Positions 39,971 through 51,195 of a stretch of 64,000 nucleotides of DNA are shown piece after piece; positions within the stretch are counted from its first letter, which is position 1, and every line of letters begins with the position of its first letter. The translations under genes were made by a program, and so were the position numbers. The stretch comes from Paraspadella gotoi (lineage: Eukaryota > Animalia > Chaetognatha). The notes under the pieces are model-generated. The model was not told where the DNA came from, did no database searches, and saw only the letters and a program-made list of their open reading frames with translations. Location of the stretch: positions 4,843,581-4,907,580 of the forward strand of contig JBJCIZ010000239.1 of the NCBI GenBank assembly GCA_051294375.1, written 5' to 3'.

Positions 39971-40116
39971 TCAAATTAATCGGGCGAAGATGGCGCCCAA
40001 GACGATTACGCCAGCGACGCGAGCGCCACCAACGGCCCCACATTTTTTGTACTCGTCTAACTCGGTCGGGACGCATGTTTTCGTACATTCGTTTTCACAC
40101 TGCGCCGACGTTGAAC
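39971..40116 (-). CDS. Probable terminal exon of a Cys-rich, GPI-anchored or C-terminally anchored protein
   Basis: Acceptor gtttcgttttctctcag|G, then (G)STSAQCENECTKTCVPTELDEYKKCGAVGGARVAGVIVLGAIFARLI*. It has four Cys, small residues, then a hydrophobic tail. Upstream exons not identified. Confidence 0.5.
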
Positions 40117-40164
40117 CTGAGAGAAAACGAAACTCATCAAGTCATGAAAAAGTGAAATGTCAAA

Positions 40165-40205
40165 GCACTGATGAAGGCATGAATGAAAGCCGAAACTTGT
40201 CTGTA
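40165..40205 (+). ncRNA. Minimal type I hammerhead ribozyme motif (Penelope-like element or retrozyme type)
   Basis: gca-CTGATGA-a-ggc-atgaatgaaa-gcc-GAAA-ctt-GTC-tgt: both core boxes, a 3-bp helix II, a GUC site and a short helix I. AATAAA follows. Confidence 0.6.
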
Positions 40206-41128
40206 CCATTAAAAATAAAAATCGTTGATGTAAAAAAACTTCGTCTTTAATCTCAAATAAAAATATCGTTATAGAGATAATTTAAAGTTATAAAGTGGCG
40301 CGTTTTTGTTTTTTTTTTCACACATGACCATTGGGCATTGTCGTTCCGTAAGCGAAGGTCCCACCCAGAAATCTTATCAGTCAGGTTGATCATGTCAGAA
40401 CCCCCCTGAGCTTTGAACGCCTGACTCAGGCTTCTTCGGACGAGCCTATAATTTGGATTTCGTCGGGAACCTTCTCGAATTAACGCGGTTCGTTTGAAAT
40501 CTTAATCACAATCCTCGAGAAAAAGAAACTGAGAAGAGAGAAACAAGTCTATTAAAATTGTGCAAAGATTGAATGAAGTTATGTAGGCTTGCAGAAAATT
40601 ACATTGTTTTCTATGCCAAGCGATTGCGAGCGTTTGATAAAGGAATTGAATAAGGTTCATGGAAGGAAAAAGTATTTTGACAAGGCTTGAGGGGGGAACT
40701 CTCGGAAAATAGTACCTTAGTTTATTATTGGCAGAAAGGTGAGGAATCATGAAGTGTTTTTTACGCCGTCATTCACCACTATACGTAAATTAGGTCACGA
40801 GATCAGAAATTTCTGTAATATTTATTTCAATGCTTTACAGTTGTGATGCCTAATTTTTAAAGTTGCGAAGTCATTTGACTTTAGCAAATTTGGCGAGCGG
40901 CAAATACAACAACAAAATATAACAGTTGCAAGTTAAGAATTTACCATTTTTGTCATTCATTTGTCAACTTTTTAGTTGTTTTTCATTCATTGTGACAGCC
41001 ACGTTGAATTCTTTGGACGTTCATTGCAGAACCTGATAAATCTTAAGAAAGTCGCCTGACTAGTTTAATGGCTCTTGTAAAATGAAATAAATTTTACGTT
41101 TCCGTCAGAACTATTTTGTGGGAATCCC

Positions 41129-41237
<109 letters not shown>

Positions 41238-41628
41238 TTGTGAGACATTTTGTAAAGTTTGTTCAATATCAACGCGCAAAAGAATTTCTTTTTTTTTTAA
41301 TTAAACATTTGAATATATTTTTTCGGCAAGTTTTTTATTATATGGGTTTAAAAGACAGAGTTCTCAAATAGTTTCAATTTCGTATCCGATGGCAAGAATC
41401 TAAAAACCTGTATCTCCGAGGATTGTAAATGATAATAATTCATTAAAACGCCTGAATTAATCTTTTTTCTTTTCAATATTGGTTTTTTTAAAATTATGTA
41501 CCGGATTGACTTTTTGATCGGTTTGACGAAATAATTATTTTAATTATCAATTTTTGATTAATTTGATTTAATTAATTTGATTAATTAATTTATTTATTAA
41601 TTTTATTTCATTATTCTTTTTGTGAAGG

Positions 41629-41728
41629 ATGGGAGGCTCAAACGAAAATCTCGCCCTTCTCTTCCAAAACTACGTTGAGTCTGAGAACAAGGAAGAAACG
41701 ATGCAACAAATAAAGCTTTTTCTTCAAG
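41629..41728 (+). CDS. Paralog 1, first visible exon (MGGSNENLALLFQNYVESENKEETMQQIKLFLQ-G)
   Basis: The 100-nt block is conserved with 51564-51663 and conservation drops after g|gt. Its phase 1 fits the next acceptor. The donor is weak, and it may be an internal exon (aag|gatg upstream). Confidence 0.6.
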
Positions 41729-41920
41729 GTTACAATGTATCATGAAGCGATTGTAGCGTACTAATACTTGAACTAATACAAGTAACAGAGAGTCATCTTC
41801 TTTACATACAACAAATGAAAAATACATAATAACTTATAGAAAATGAATAAAGTAGAAAGCATTCTAATTATTTTAAAATTATATATATTACTTTTAAATT
41901 CTGCCGGTTTTTCTCCACAG

Positions 41921-43647
41921 GCGGATTTAGTCCGACCTCTCAAGTCGTCCTTCAGGAAAAGAAAACAACCCTTCTCGAATTGGCATCACGTAGCGACGAT
42001 CTCTTGGACGCCATCTGTTCCTCATCGCCGTACATCGTCATCGACGACTATATTGGCCACGACTCAATTGCGAAAAATGAAATGAGAACCGAGGTCGAAG
42101 TTCACAGCTCAAGTGGCAAGGATGAAGAAGAAATAGCCATCGTAAAAGAGGAAGAAATCCAAAATGAAGATCGTTCCAGCAACGCCAAAGGTGATTATGA
42201 TGATAATCATTCTTTGCCAAGCGATGATTCTGACAGCTATCATTGTTATGATGAAGATACTGAAAGCAGTTTTCACTTGAATCATCTTTTTACTAGTGAG
42301 TTGACTGTTAATATCAATGAAGATGACAAGTCTGAATCCACTTTGCCCGAATTTGAAACCCTTGCCGATGACAGAAGAGACAATGACGAATCTGAATCCT
42401 CTTTGCCCAAAAATGTAACTATCGCTGATGATAATAATAACAATATTAAGTCTTGCATCATTAATCTTGAGAATGAAACCGTCCCTTTTGCTGAAAATTG
42501 TGATGCACCTACAGAAAAAATTGATATGCATGAAGTCGACACCATTGCAGATTCAAAAGAGCAGAATGATGACTTTGTAATTGAAGGAATTGAAGTTGCA
42601 CATCAGAAAAAAGAAACAAAAATGAAAGAAAAAACTCACTATCATGCAGAGGAAAAACTAAATTCAGATGGAGTTGTCAAGGAACAAAACAAGGATGAAA
42701 CATCAGAAGAAAAAAATTATGAGTCCAAGTTTAAAAAAATTTGGAATGGTGTGAAGCGAGCCAAAGCTGAACTCAAAACAAAAGCGGCCCGGGCTTTACC
42801 CACTGAAGTAAATTGTTTCAAGGGCCAAAGTGAAAGTCAAGCCCCACTAGTTGAGCATTGTGAGGCAAGGAGCATTGGGTCTATGAGATCCACTTCAACT
42901 AGGTCCTCGAATCACGACAAATGTCCCAATGTAGAACCAGAAAAAACCTCATGTCAACAAACGTGTTACATTGACTTTAAGAATCCCATTTGCAGTCATT
43001 TTGGATCGAAATCACAGGCGACTTATGCGGGATTCTTTAGAGGTTCGGATAAAATTTTGGCTGTATCAATATTTAGCAATGCCGAAGAGTTTGAAGTGTT
43101 GGTGAAAGCCATGAGACGGTTTTGGAGAGACTCTACAAATAGGTCAGAAGAAGAAAAGCTTACCAATGTATTATATTATCATGGGAAATATGAAAAAGAG
43201 GAAACATATTATCTAGTCACTGAGCATTGCAATTTCTCAATCGATATCATGGGTAATGTAAGTGAACAACTGGTAAATGTAATTGGTTGGCAAGCAAACG
43301 AAAAAAAGGTAATCGACAGTAAAGAGACAATAGAAAATATTTTTGATGAAATCACTCTTCGAGGCGATAACGTGATGAATATTCAGCAGAAAAAATATAA
43401 CATTGCTGCTCAATTATGGAGCGCCGGGTGTATTGCCCAATGTTATCTGAAAGACTTGAAACTTATTGCAATACTCGTCATTGGGAAAGATGAAGATCAT
43501 CTTCAGATCAGGATAGTCGTTGCTGAACCAGAAGTCAATGACAAATGGACCGAAATGGCGACTAAATCGACGCAAGATGGTTTTACTATGTCTCGTGCGC
43601 CACCAAATATACAAATCACTGCCACTGATAGTATTGTCAAAGAAACG
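41921..43647 (+). CDS. Paralog 1, large exon: ankyrin-like stretch, acidic linker, IRE1/RNase L-type pseudokinase-like domain
   Basis: Acceptor tttttctccacag|, donor |gtgagt, 1727-nt open frame conserved in paralog 2. Kinase-like order: FGSKSQATYAGFF..LAVS..TNVLYYHG..YYLVTEHCNFSI..LKDLKLIAILV..IRIVVAEPE. Confidence 0.8.
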
Positions 43648-43879
43648 GTGAGTTTTTATAAATTATAAAGCTTTGTATAATCAAGTTAGTGACAATTACC
43701 GCTTCACTATTATCTTGGGGCTTTATAATCCCCTTAGCTAAGGGGTAAGCACATAGTATTTCAATTATGTCTTTTTGCTTTGATACTAGTTTCTTTGATA
43801 AGTGGGTTCAGCCATTACCGGCTATCCTACCATTGCCAAAAGTTTAGTGTTAAATGTCATGCTTTTTTATTCCTGATAG

Positions 43880-43966
43880 ACAAGCATTGGAATAATTGAA
43901 GCTATGGAAGGTCCTGTTACTATTGAAAACCGGACTAAGAAAGATTCAATCCCCGAAATAAAGGAG
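43880..43966 (+). CDS. Paralog 1, 87-nt exon (TSIGIIEAMEGPVTIENRTKKDSIPEIKE)
   Basis: ttttttattcctgatag| ... |gtaagg, phase 0 at both ends. Conserved at 55558-55641 with an in-frame 3-nt indel. Confidence 0.8.
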
Positions 43967-44047
43967 GTAAGGATTTAAGTTATAGTTATATTTGTGAAAA
44001 CAAGCATTTTTAATCATGTATTTATACATAAATTGTTTAACTTTTAG

Positions 44048-44217
44048 AATAAACATAATTGTAATGATAAAGAATAATTCACAGTTGATATTTCTTGAAA
44101 TAGATTGCGTAGTGAATTTCCACTCAGTAGTCAATAAACATAATTGTAATGATAAAGAATAATTCACAGTTGATATTTCTTGAAATAGATTGCGTAGTGA
44201 ATTTCCACTCAGTAGTC
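44048..44217. repeat. Intronic 85-bp tandem duplication, two copies
   Basis: aataaacataattgtaatg...cagtagtc is repeated back to back. Confidence 0.85.
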
Positions 44218-44681
44218 TTTGTATTCACATTATTTTTACCAACCTAGTATTTTGTCCTGACCTGTTTCAGGTTTTGGGAAGGTTATCTTAACTATTCCAT
44301 TACATCATTTTACATTTGATAAATTTTGCTAAAAAAGACGTCAACAAAAATTCATTGTGAAATTATGTCTTTACCTTGTTAAGTTCTTGAACTCATTTGT
44401 TGCTTACCTACTCTTTTAACCATTTTCTTTTGTTTTATTGCTTTTTGACTACTTTTTTTTCCTCTTAATTTTATGCCGACCAGCCCTAAAATTTTCTTTG
44501 ACCATGTTTGACAATGCTTTAGTTTTAGATTTTCCACAATCCATTTTTTTGAAAAATAAGTTATCTAATCCAGAAATTTGGGTATATTATACTGACAAAA
44601 TGTGATAATTGTTACACAATAAAATGCAACTTTTATTTTAATTGTAAAAGTATCAAAATTGACAGGTATATTTTTTTACAG

Positions 44682-45275
44682 GAAGTATTTGTTGGATATA
44701 ACGATGAAAACATGAGAAAATTGCTTCCTCAACCTTGCAAAATGACTTATGAATCTTGGCATTATCAAGTGAGTGATGAAAAAAATTCACATATTGTTCC
44801 ACAACCTCCTAGTGATAATAAAATAGAAACTGTTAGTACTGAGTGTATGAGTATCACAGTACTTGAACCATCTGTGGAAAATCCCGAACATGAAAAAACT
44901 TCTCAAGATCAAAGTGTTCTTCAAAATGCGGAGACCGAACAAAAAAAGGCTTTTGACACAGTAGAATTAATTCCTGAACAATTTTTGTTTCAGGTGTATA
45001 TTTTGAAATTAGTTTTTGATATAATAGATTTATCAAAAGTAAAGCAGTTTGAAGATATCAAGGATTGTATCTTCACTAAGTGCAAAATGGCAGGAATGAG
45101 TGTGAGAAAAGGCTACCTGGATAAAAACACAGAACAATTTATCCAGGAAAATCCTTCCACTAATTATGGAGTAAATGTTCAAATCCAAAATTCAGACATG
45201 AGTGGTAATGTAGTTGGCGTCATAGATGCGGGTGTCAAGTTGCCAGGTGCTTCAGATGCTGAAAGAGTTACGTAA
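44682..45275 (+). CDS. Paralog 1, next exon (EVFVGYNDENMRKLLPQP...)
   Basis: Acceptor tttttttacag|, phase 0, in frame with ORF 44712-45275. It ends at TAA or frameshifts into the MS4A-like frame. Confidence 0.7.
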   Translation, partial: EVFVGYNDENMRKLLPQPCKMTYESWHYQVSDEKNSHIVPQPPSDNKIETVSTECMSITVLEPSVENPEHEKTSQDQSVLQNAETEQKKAFDTVELIPEQFLFQVYILKLVFDIIDLSKVKQFEDIKDCIFTKCKMAGMSVRKGYLDKNTEQFIQENPSTNYGVNVQIQNSDMSGNVVGVIDAGVKLPGASDAERVT

Positions 45276-46132
45276 GCAGAGTTTACCAGAAAATCTACAA
45301 GAGTTTAAAGGTGATACTATGTTTTGGGGGTAATCAAATAACTTATATGGATGGAAAACCTGTTGACGCTTCTGCCTCAGCACTAAACCCCAATCCATCA
45401 AGTGACGCTACCGTTGAATCACCAGTTGAAAGCAATGAGACAGTCAGTTTTGCCCGATTTTCTAATTTTTTAAAGCAAATACTATTCCGCCTAAAGAGAG
45501 GACAGCTGGTTCATATCATTTGCGGGATTTTAGCTTTTATCTTGGGTGTCGCTCACGCCGCCAAGGACCCCAATGGACCCGATGGCCTAAACACAGCTGG
45601 AATTTACGTGAGCGTTATTTTCGTGATTACTGGATTTTGTAGCAGAAAGGATTCGATGATGAACCTGGTTGGTTACATAATGATCAACATTCTACTGACT
45701 TTTCCAATTTCTATCATGCTGTTGTCATTCTCAGTAATTAAAATATTTGGCACAACAAAAGCGTTGCCCGAACTTCTCACCACCGTCGCCATTGTCGAAA
45801 TGATCAACTGCATCTTCAGCATCGTAATGACATTGGTTGAACTTTGCTGTAGCAAAAATAGGCAGTGCTGCACAGGAAGCACAGGAGTGCGGGAGGGAAA
45901 TGAGTTGCTGGTGGTGTATGTGCCAATGGACAATCGAGGGCAGATGTGGACGGACCCTCGAGGTCAGATGATGTCTTGTCCTTGGTACACAAATGTCCCA
46001 TTGGCTCAGGCATTTACATCGGATGGCAAGAATTTTAAACAGTTAACATCAAATTTACTTAACCCTTGGCAACATGTAGCTGGCAGTATTCCCACTTATG
46101 GTATTTTAGACAATTTAAATTTTGGAGTTTGA
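45263..46132 (+). CDS. MS4A/CD20-like four-transmembrane domain; probably the C-terminus of paralog 1, or a separate gene from ATG 45347
   Basis: Four hydrophobic segments with a CD20-family pattern: GQLVHIICGILAFILG, AGIYVSVIFVITG, LVGYIMINILLTFPISIMLL, LLTTVAIVEMINCIFSIVMTLVELCC. The frame is open from 45263. Confidence 0.7.
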   Translation, partial: KSYVSRVYQKIYKSLKVILCFGGNQITYMDGKPVDASASALNPNPSSDATVESPVESNETVSFARFSNFLKQILFRLKRGQLVHIICGILAFILGVAHAAKDPNGPDGLNTAGIYVSVIFVITGFCSRKDSMMNLVGYIMINILLTFPISIMLLSFSVIKIFGTTKALPELLTTVAIVEMINCIFSIVMTLVELCCSKNRQCCTGSTGVREGNELLVVYVPMDNRGQMWTDPRGQMMSCPWYTNVPLAQAFTSDGKNFKQLTSNLLNPWQHVAGSIPTYGILDNLNFGV

Positions 46133-48348
46133 ATAATTGTCATCACTGATAAGTATAAGATATTTCTCAGTTAAAAAAACGGTTGTCTATAGTTATTTTT
46201 TTCCTTGTAACAAATGCCTTCAAAATATGGTAGACCTGATTTCTTTCATGACAATCAATCTAATCTTGTTATCTGCTTAATTTAAGAAAAACATACATAC
46301 AATTTTTCATAGTAGAAACAACTTTTAAAGATTAAATTGCTCATAGGAATTTTAACATCATTTATATTCACATGACTCTTAGAGGAAAAGATGATTCATA
46401 ATCTTTTTGTTTCTTACCCTCTCTTTTTCTTGTTCATTCTCTCTTTCTCCTTTTCTGGCTAGGGAAAGATTTTATTGTAAGTTTGGTTTTCTAATATATT
46501 TTTCCATAAAATCTTGTAAGTTTGGTTGCCTAGCAGATTTTTCAGCAAAATCTTGTGGTGTCGAATCCTTTGCCTCAACTCTTGGGGATTCGGGAGATTT
46601 CGACCGAAGTGGATTCAGAGAAAAAAATATCCTGACGCTTACCCTTAAATTTAAATGATGCGGTTTTTTGTTTTATTAATTTCAGTATATACCTCAACTA
46701 TTAAAACTATTTGTCTTTCTAACAAAAATATGCACGTCACAAAAGGTCAAAAATTAATGGTAGGAATTAAAAATTATTCATGGCTAAACGAAAAAAGTTT
46801 TTAATATATTTTTTTAGGCGTTGAAACCTACTAGAATAAGGTATATTTTATTTTTATTTCAACTAATTCGAAGCATTTTTGCTTAATATAATGTAATAAA
46901 AACTAAAACCGCAACTTTTTGACTATGAAAGCTGTAAGCAAATGAATTTACTCAGAGGTAAAGACAAAAAAAATATCCGATTTCCAAAGTAAAACAAAAT
47001 TATTAAATTTTCTTGCCATTTAAATCAAAGTACGAAAGTGAAAATGGACACATTTTTTTTCTCAAAAGTTGCTAAAATGGAACTCTTCGTGACTTAGAAA
47101 CAGTTGGAGATGGTTTTCACCAAACCATTGCTTGGCCAAGTTTGAGTTATGGCACAAATTAAATTGATTTTATTACTAATAGTCAAGCAATATTGAAATA
47201 ATTATTTTTTTAAATAAGTCGATCATATGTATCGCCAAGCTAAAAATAAATAGAACTTGTTTAAAATGTTTTGTTATGGTTCAAGATCAAACTATTTTCA
47301 GTAAATAAAATATTGAGAAGCATATGATTAAGCTTGAAATTAAGTTTCGATTGATTTGTCCGAGTATAAACCAATTTAAAGGGAAAAAACATAAATTGTG
47401 TTTAACTATTTAATTTTTTGTTTAAACATTTACACAAAATGTAAATGCATGTTGCAACAACAACTACTACAATAACAAACACTACAATCATAAATACCAC
47501 CATAATCACCACAACTACCATAATTACCATAAAAACCATAACAAGCATTAACTGCATTGTCACCAGAATTAAAACCACTATCACAAAAAAAACTAAAAAG
47601 TATTGTTGGTGAATAGTATTAAATAAAAAAAGATATTGCAAGATTAATCATCACTTATCATCTGATTCATTGCTTTCCGCTAAGTGCCCGCGTGCAGATC
47701 CGGCTTTGTTTGCCCAAACTTGTTGACTTTTAAATTCAATTTGATATGATGAATTTATTATCTCTTGCTTCGCATAACTTAGAAGATGACATTAACAGAG
47801 AAAACATCATAAATACTTGTCAAATATAAATGATATTTGGTAAAAACCTTTATAAATTGTAAGAAGCTACTCTGATTTTTTGACATTTGTAAAATGTTAT
47901 GAGTGACATTCTTTTTGTCTTTCCTAAATACGGCATACTGTACTTACAGATTTCTTCTCAAATTATCTGTTGATGGATCTAATTTATCATTTCATTGCTT
48001 TACAATGCTTTAAAATCAAAATGTAAAGAATATTTGCTTTTATAAATTTGTACTTTTCACATTATTTACTGTTTTAATACATATTGCTCTTTAACGTAAT
48101 CTTGTTGATAATCTGCGAGCGGCCCAGCAATGTACCACACAAAGTCAGAAATAATGGTAGTGACTTCATAATCGCATTCATAATCACTAAGGTTTAAAAA
48201 ATTGTATGCAGTATTAAGATGGATTAAAATAATTGTAATCAAAAATGATTTCGCCTTTTATACTGAATCTTACTGAGTTAACAAACTGGTTCTTTTTTCG
48301 AGAATACCCTATTTCTGTTCGATTTTCCCAGAATTTAATATTAACCAA

Positions 48349-48480
48349 ATCCCTAACCCTAACCTTATCCTAAATTGTAACCCTAAACCTTTATCTCCGA
48401 TTTCTAACCCTAACCTCTAACCCTAAACTCTAGTCCCTCACCCAAATCCCTAACCTTAATCAATATCAAATCCGTAACCT
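48349..48480. repeat. Degenerate (CCCTAA)n telomere-like repeat
   Basis: Several ccctaa/aaccct units interspersed with other sequence. Confidence 0.6.
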
Positions 48481-48833
48481 AATTTCTATACCTAGCCTGT
48501 AATTTTATCCTAAACTATAACAATATAATCTAGTATTGAATTTAGAATATTTAACTTAATTTTAACTTAATCCGTGGGTTCAAACCAAACAGAGTAAACC
48601 ATGTTTTTTCGAACATTTAATCTTCAATACCAACTTTTTAGTTAGTTAGCAAGTTAAAAAGTTAAAGTAAGTTAAAGCAAGTTAAAAAAATGATGTAAGT
48701 TGAAAAAAAATGATGCGAAATAAAAAAATTATGCAAGTGGAAAAAATAATAATAGTAAAAAAAATTATCTGTACTTTATTTTTAATTATTTCTACTATAG
48801 TATTTATTTATTTATTTATTGATTTATTTATTT

Positions 48834-48876
<43 letters not shown>

Positions 48877-49164
48877 AAGAGAGAGCAAGAGAGAACCTTG
48901 AACATTGAACATTTATCTCAGATATACACACACAGAGAGAGAGAGAGAGAGAGTTTAATATCGACGCGCAAAATATTTTGAAACATTTGAATATATTTTT
49001 CAACTTAAACATTTGAATAAATTCGGCACGTTTTTAGCCGGATTTGCTTACAGCATATCTCGGCTCTATAATTCACTTTTTCGGTCGGTCGTTCGCCACC
49101 CATTATCTTGTCGGTAAGTCACTTCTATCATCTTAGAACATCGAATTATAGAAAATAATGCAAA

Positions 49165-50154
49165 AAACAAGTTTGAGCAAACAATGTCGGATCTGCCTAC
49201 GATAATAAAGCGGTAATAAGCTAATCCGATGATAAATCATGGTAATGTTTTTTGACTTTCAATTTGTGATCTTTACAGATCATAACACGTTGTAACATAA
49301 AAAAATCATAACAGACTTATTAATAGATCTATAAAAAAATCTATAAATCAAATGATCAATCATTACCAGTAGCCATGGCCAAAACCAGCTTGCATAATTT
49401 GATAATTTTTCATAATTTGCTAATTTTGCATAATTTGGTCAACTTGAATAATTTGATCAACTTGCATAATTTAATCAACTTGCATTATTTGGTCAACTGG
49501 CATAATTTGGTCAACTGACATAATTTTTTTAACCTGCATATTTTGGTCAACTTGCAGAATTTGGTCACTTGGATAATTTGGTCAACTGGCATAATTTGGC
49601 CAACATGAAATCAATAAATCAATTAATCAATCAATTATTCAATCAATCAATCAGAGAGAGAGAGATAATTTTTTTTAAAAATTCAAATAAATGTGTCTTT
49701 TGGTTTTCAAATTTAAACTCTTTTTCACTCCTATGATTCCATCAAAAATTTATATCAGGCTTGATTGCATACTTTCCTACCAACACACAAAATTTAAATT
49801 CAATTTATCTATCCTTTTTTTAATAAATATAATAACTATTAGTAAATATTAGTAAAAATACTTCAAAAATATTTTAACTCTTTTCCACTTGCACGTTTCT
49901 AACGAAACAATATATCCGGCTCAATCACACACTTTCCCTCCCACACACAAATTTTCATTCTAATCCAACCATCCAATCACGAGAAATTGGGTTTGTTTTT
50001 GCTAGGCGGGACGGACGGACAGACGAACGGACATAATTTATGGCAAAATTATCATAATTCGATGTTCTGACATGAAATAAGTTAATGCCCGACAAGATTG
50101 AGGGTCGGACCGACGGACCGACAAGGTGGATTATAAGTCGGGATCTGCTGATAA
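49165..50154. mobile_element. Non-autonomous Helentron/HINE (DINE-1-like) element with an internal 18-bp minisatellite (~49427-49604)
   Basis: Shares both ends with 60321-62230 (aacaagtttgagcaaacaatgtcggatctgcctacgataat ... ggaccgacaa..agtcgggatctgctgataa). Has a (GGAC)n microsatellite and about 10 copies of cttgcataatttggtcaa. Related opposite-strand fragments at ~49032-49140 and ~50155-50290. Confidence 0.6.
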
Positions 50155-50513
50155 TGATGTCTGTCCGTCCATCCGTCCGTCCGTCCGTCCTTCCCCCCTT
50201 AGCTTTGAACGCCAATTACTAATGAATGGATGGGGCGATTGACTTCAAATTTTGTATATGGTTATTAATTGTGATTGAGCAAGAAATCGTGTTTTGATGT
50301 AATCGTCCAGGTGGAAATGAGTTAAAAATGATTATTCTCTTTTTTCTCTTATATTAAACGTAATTTCAAGCTGCATTAATTATTGATAAATTAGTAATTA
50401 ATTAATTATTTTGTAATTAATTTATTATTAATTTTGATGAAATTCGCTGAGGAATCTCTGATTGAATGAATCATCATCGAAACGGACCAATGAGAAGAAA
50501 GGCTTTATGCTAT

Positions 50514-51195
50514 TGTGGATAAGGCGCTAGTGGGCTGAAGATGACTATCCGAACTTCTATAACCCCTTTAGTAGCCATGGAACGGGTCCTGGGCTTGGAA
50601 CCAGGCTTGAGGGGTTGCCACGCCCCAAGGTGGCTTACGGCCGTCCTCACGCTTCCCACGGGTAGGTACCGGGTTGGGATTGAACCCGGTACCTAGTGGT
50701 CATGAGCTGATGGCTTTACTCAATGAGCCACCGGGTCAGGACTGAAGGTGTCATGCTTATAGGCAGGGTGAACCTAGGCAATGCCGACTACATGCCCCCC
50801 AGATTGTAACCCACCCTGCACTGCTTCCAGTGGAGGAGGGAAGCAATCTTCAGCACGTCCATGGGCCTGGAATCAGAAGGTTGGAATACGCTCTACAGAT
50901 GGGCTCACCAGTGTGGATCAGGCGCTAAGTGGGCTGAAGATGACTATCCGTAACTTCTATAACCCCCTTTAGAAGCCATGGAACGGGTCCTGGGCTTGGA
51001 ACCAGGCTTGGGGTTGCCACGCCCCCAAGGCGGCTTACGGCCGTCCTCACGCTTCCCACAGGGTAGGTACCGGGTTGGGATTGAACCCGGTACCTTGTGG
51101 TCATGAGCTGATGGCTTTACTCAGATGAGCCACCGGGTCAGGACTGAAGGTGTCATGCTTATAGGCGGGGTGAACGAGGCAATGCCCGACTAACA
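50514..51195 (-). mobile_element. TRIM (miniature LTR retroelement) with a tRNA-like sequence in each LTR
   Basis: Two ~280-bp direct repeats (50514-50792, 50912-51195), each TGT...ACA. The 119-bp interior has, on the minus strand, PBS-like TGGTGAGCCC (50910-50901) 1 nt after the 5' LTR and GGGGGG (50800-50795) 2 nt before the 3' LTR. No TSD found. Confidence 0.7.
50667..50737 (-). promoter_or_regulatory. tRNA-derived Pol III A/B-box module in LTR (second copy ~51066-51139)
   Basis: GGTGGCTCATTGAGTAAAGC (A box/D-arm-like), CTCATGA (CAT anticodon-like loop), GGGTTCAATCCC (B box). The stems pair poorly, so it is not a functional tRNA. Confidence 0.65.

Noticed and set aside
43408-43435. QLWSAGCI as kinase subdomain IX (DxWSxG)
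   Set aside because: It precedes the KDLK catalytic-loop-like motif, which is the wrong order; it fits better as helix E.
46471-46633. Minus-strand open stretch ending ..QPNLQDFMEKYIRKPNLQ*
   Set aside because: No convincing acceptor or start, short, and partly an internal repeat.
47402-47641. Hydrophobic V/M/I-rich ORF
   Set aside because: Translation of an (ACA/ACC/ATA)-type trinucleotide tract.
48349-48480. Telomere or chromosome-fusion site
   Set aside because: Short, highly degenerate and in one orientation only.
50667-50737. Functional tRNA-Met gene
   Set aside because: Acceptor, anticodon and T stems do not pair properly, and it is embedded in an LTR-like repeat.
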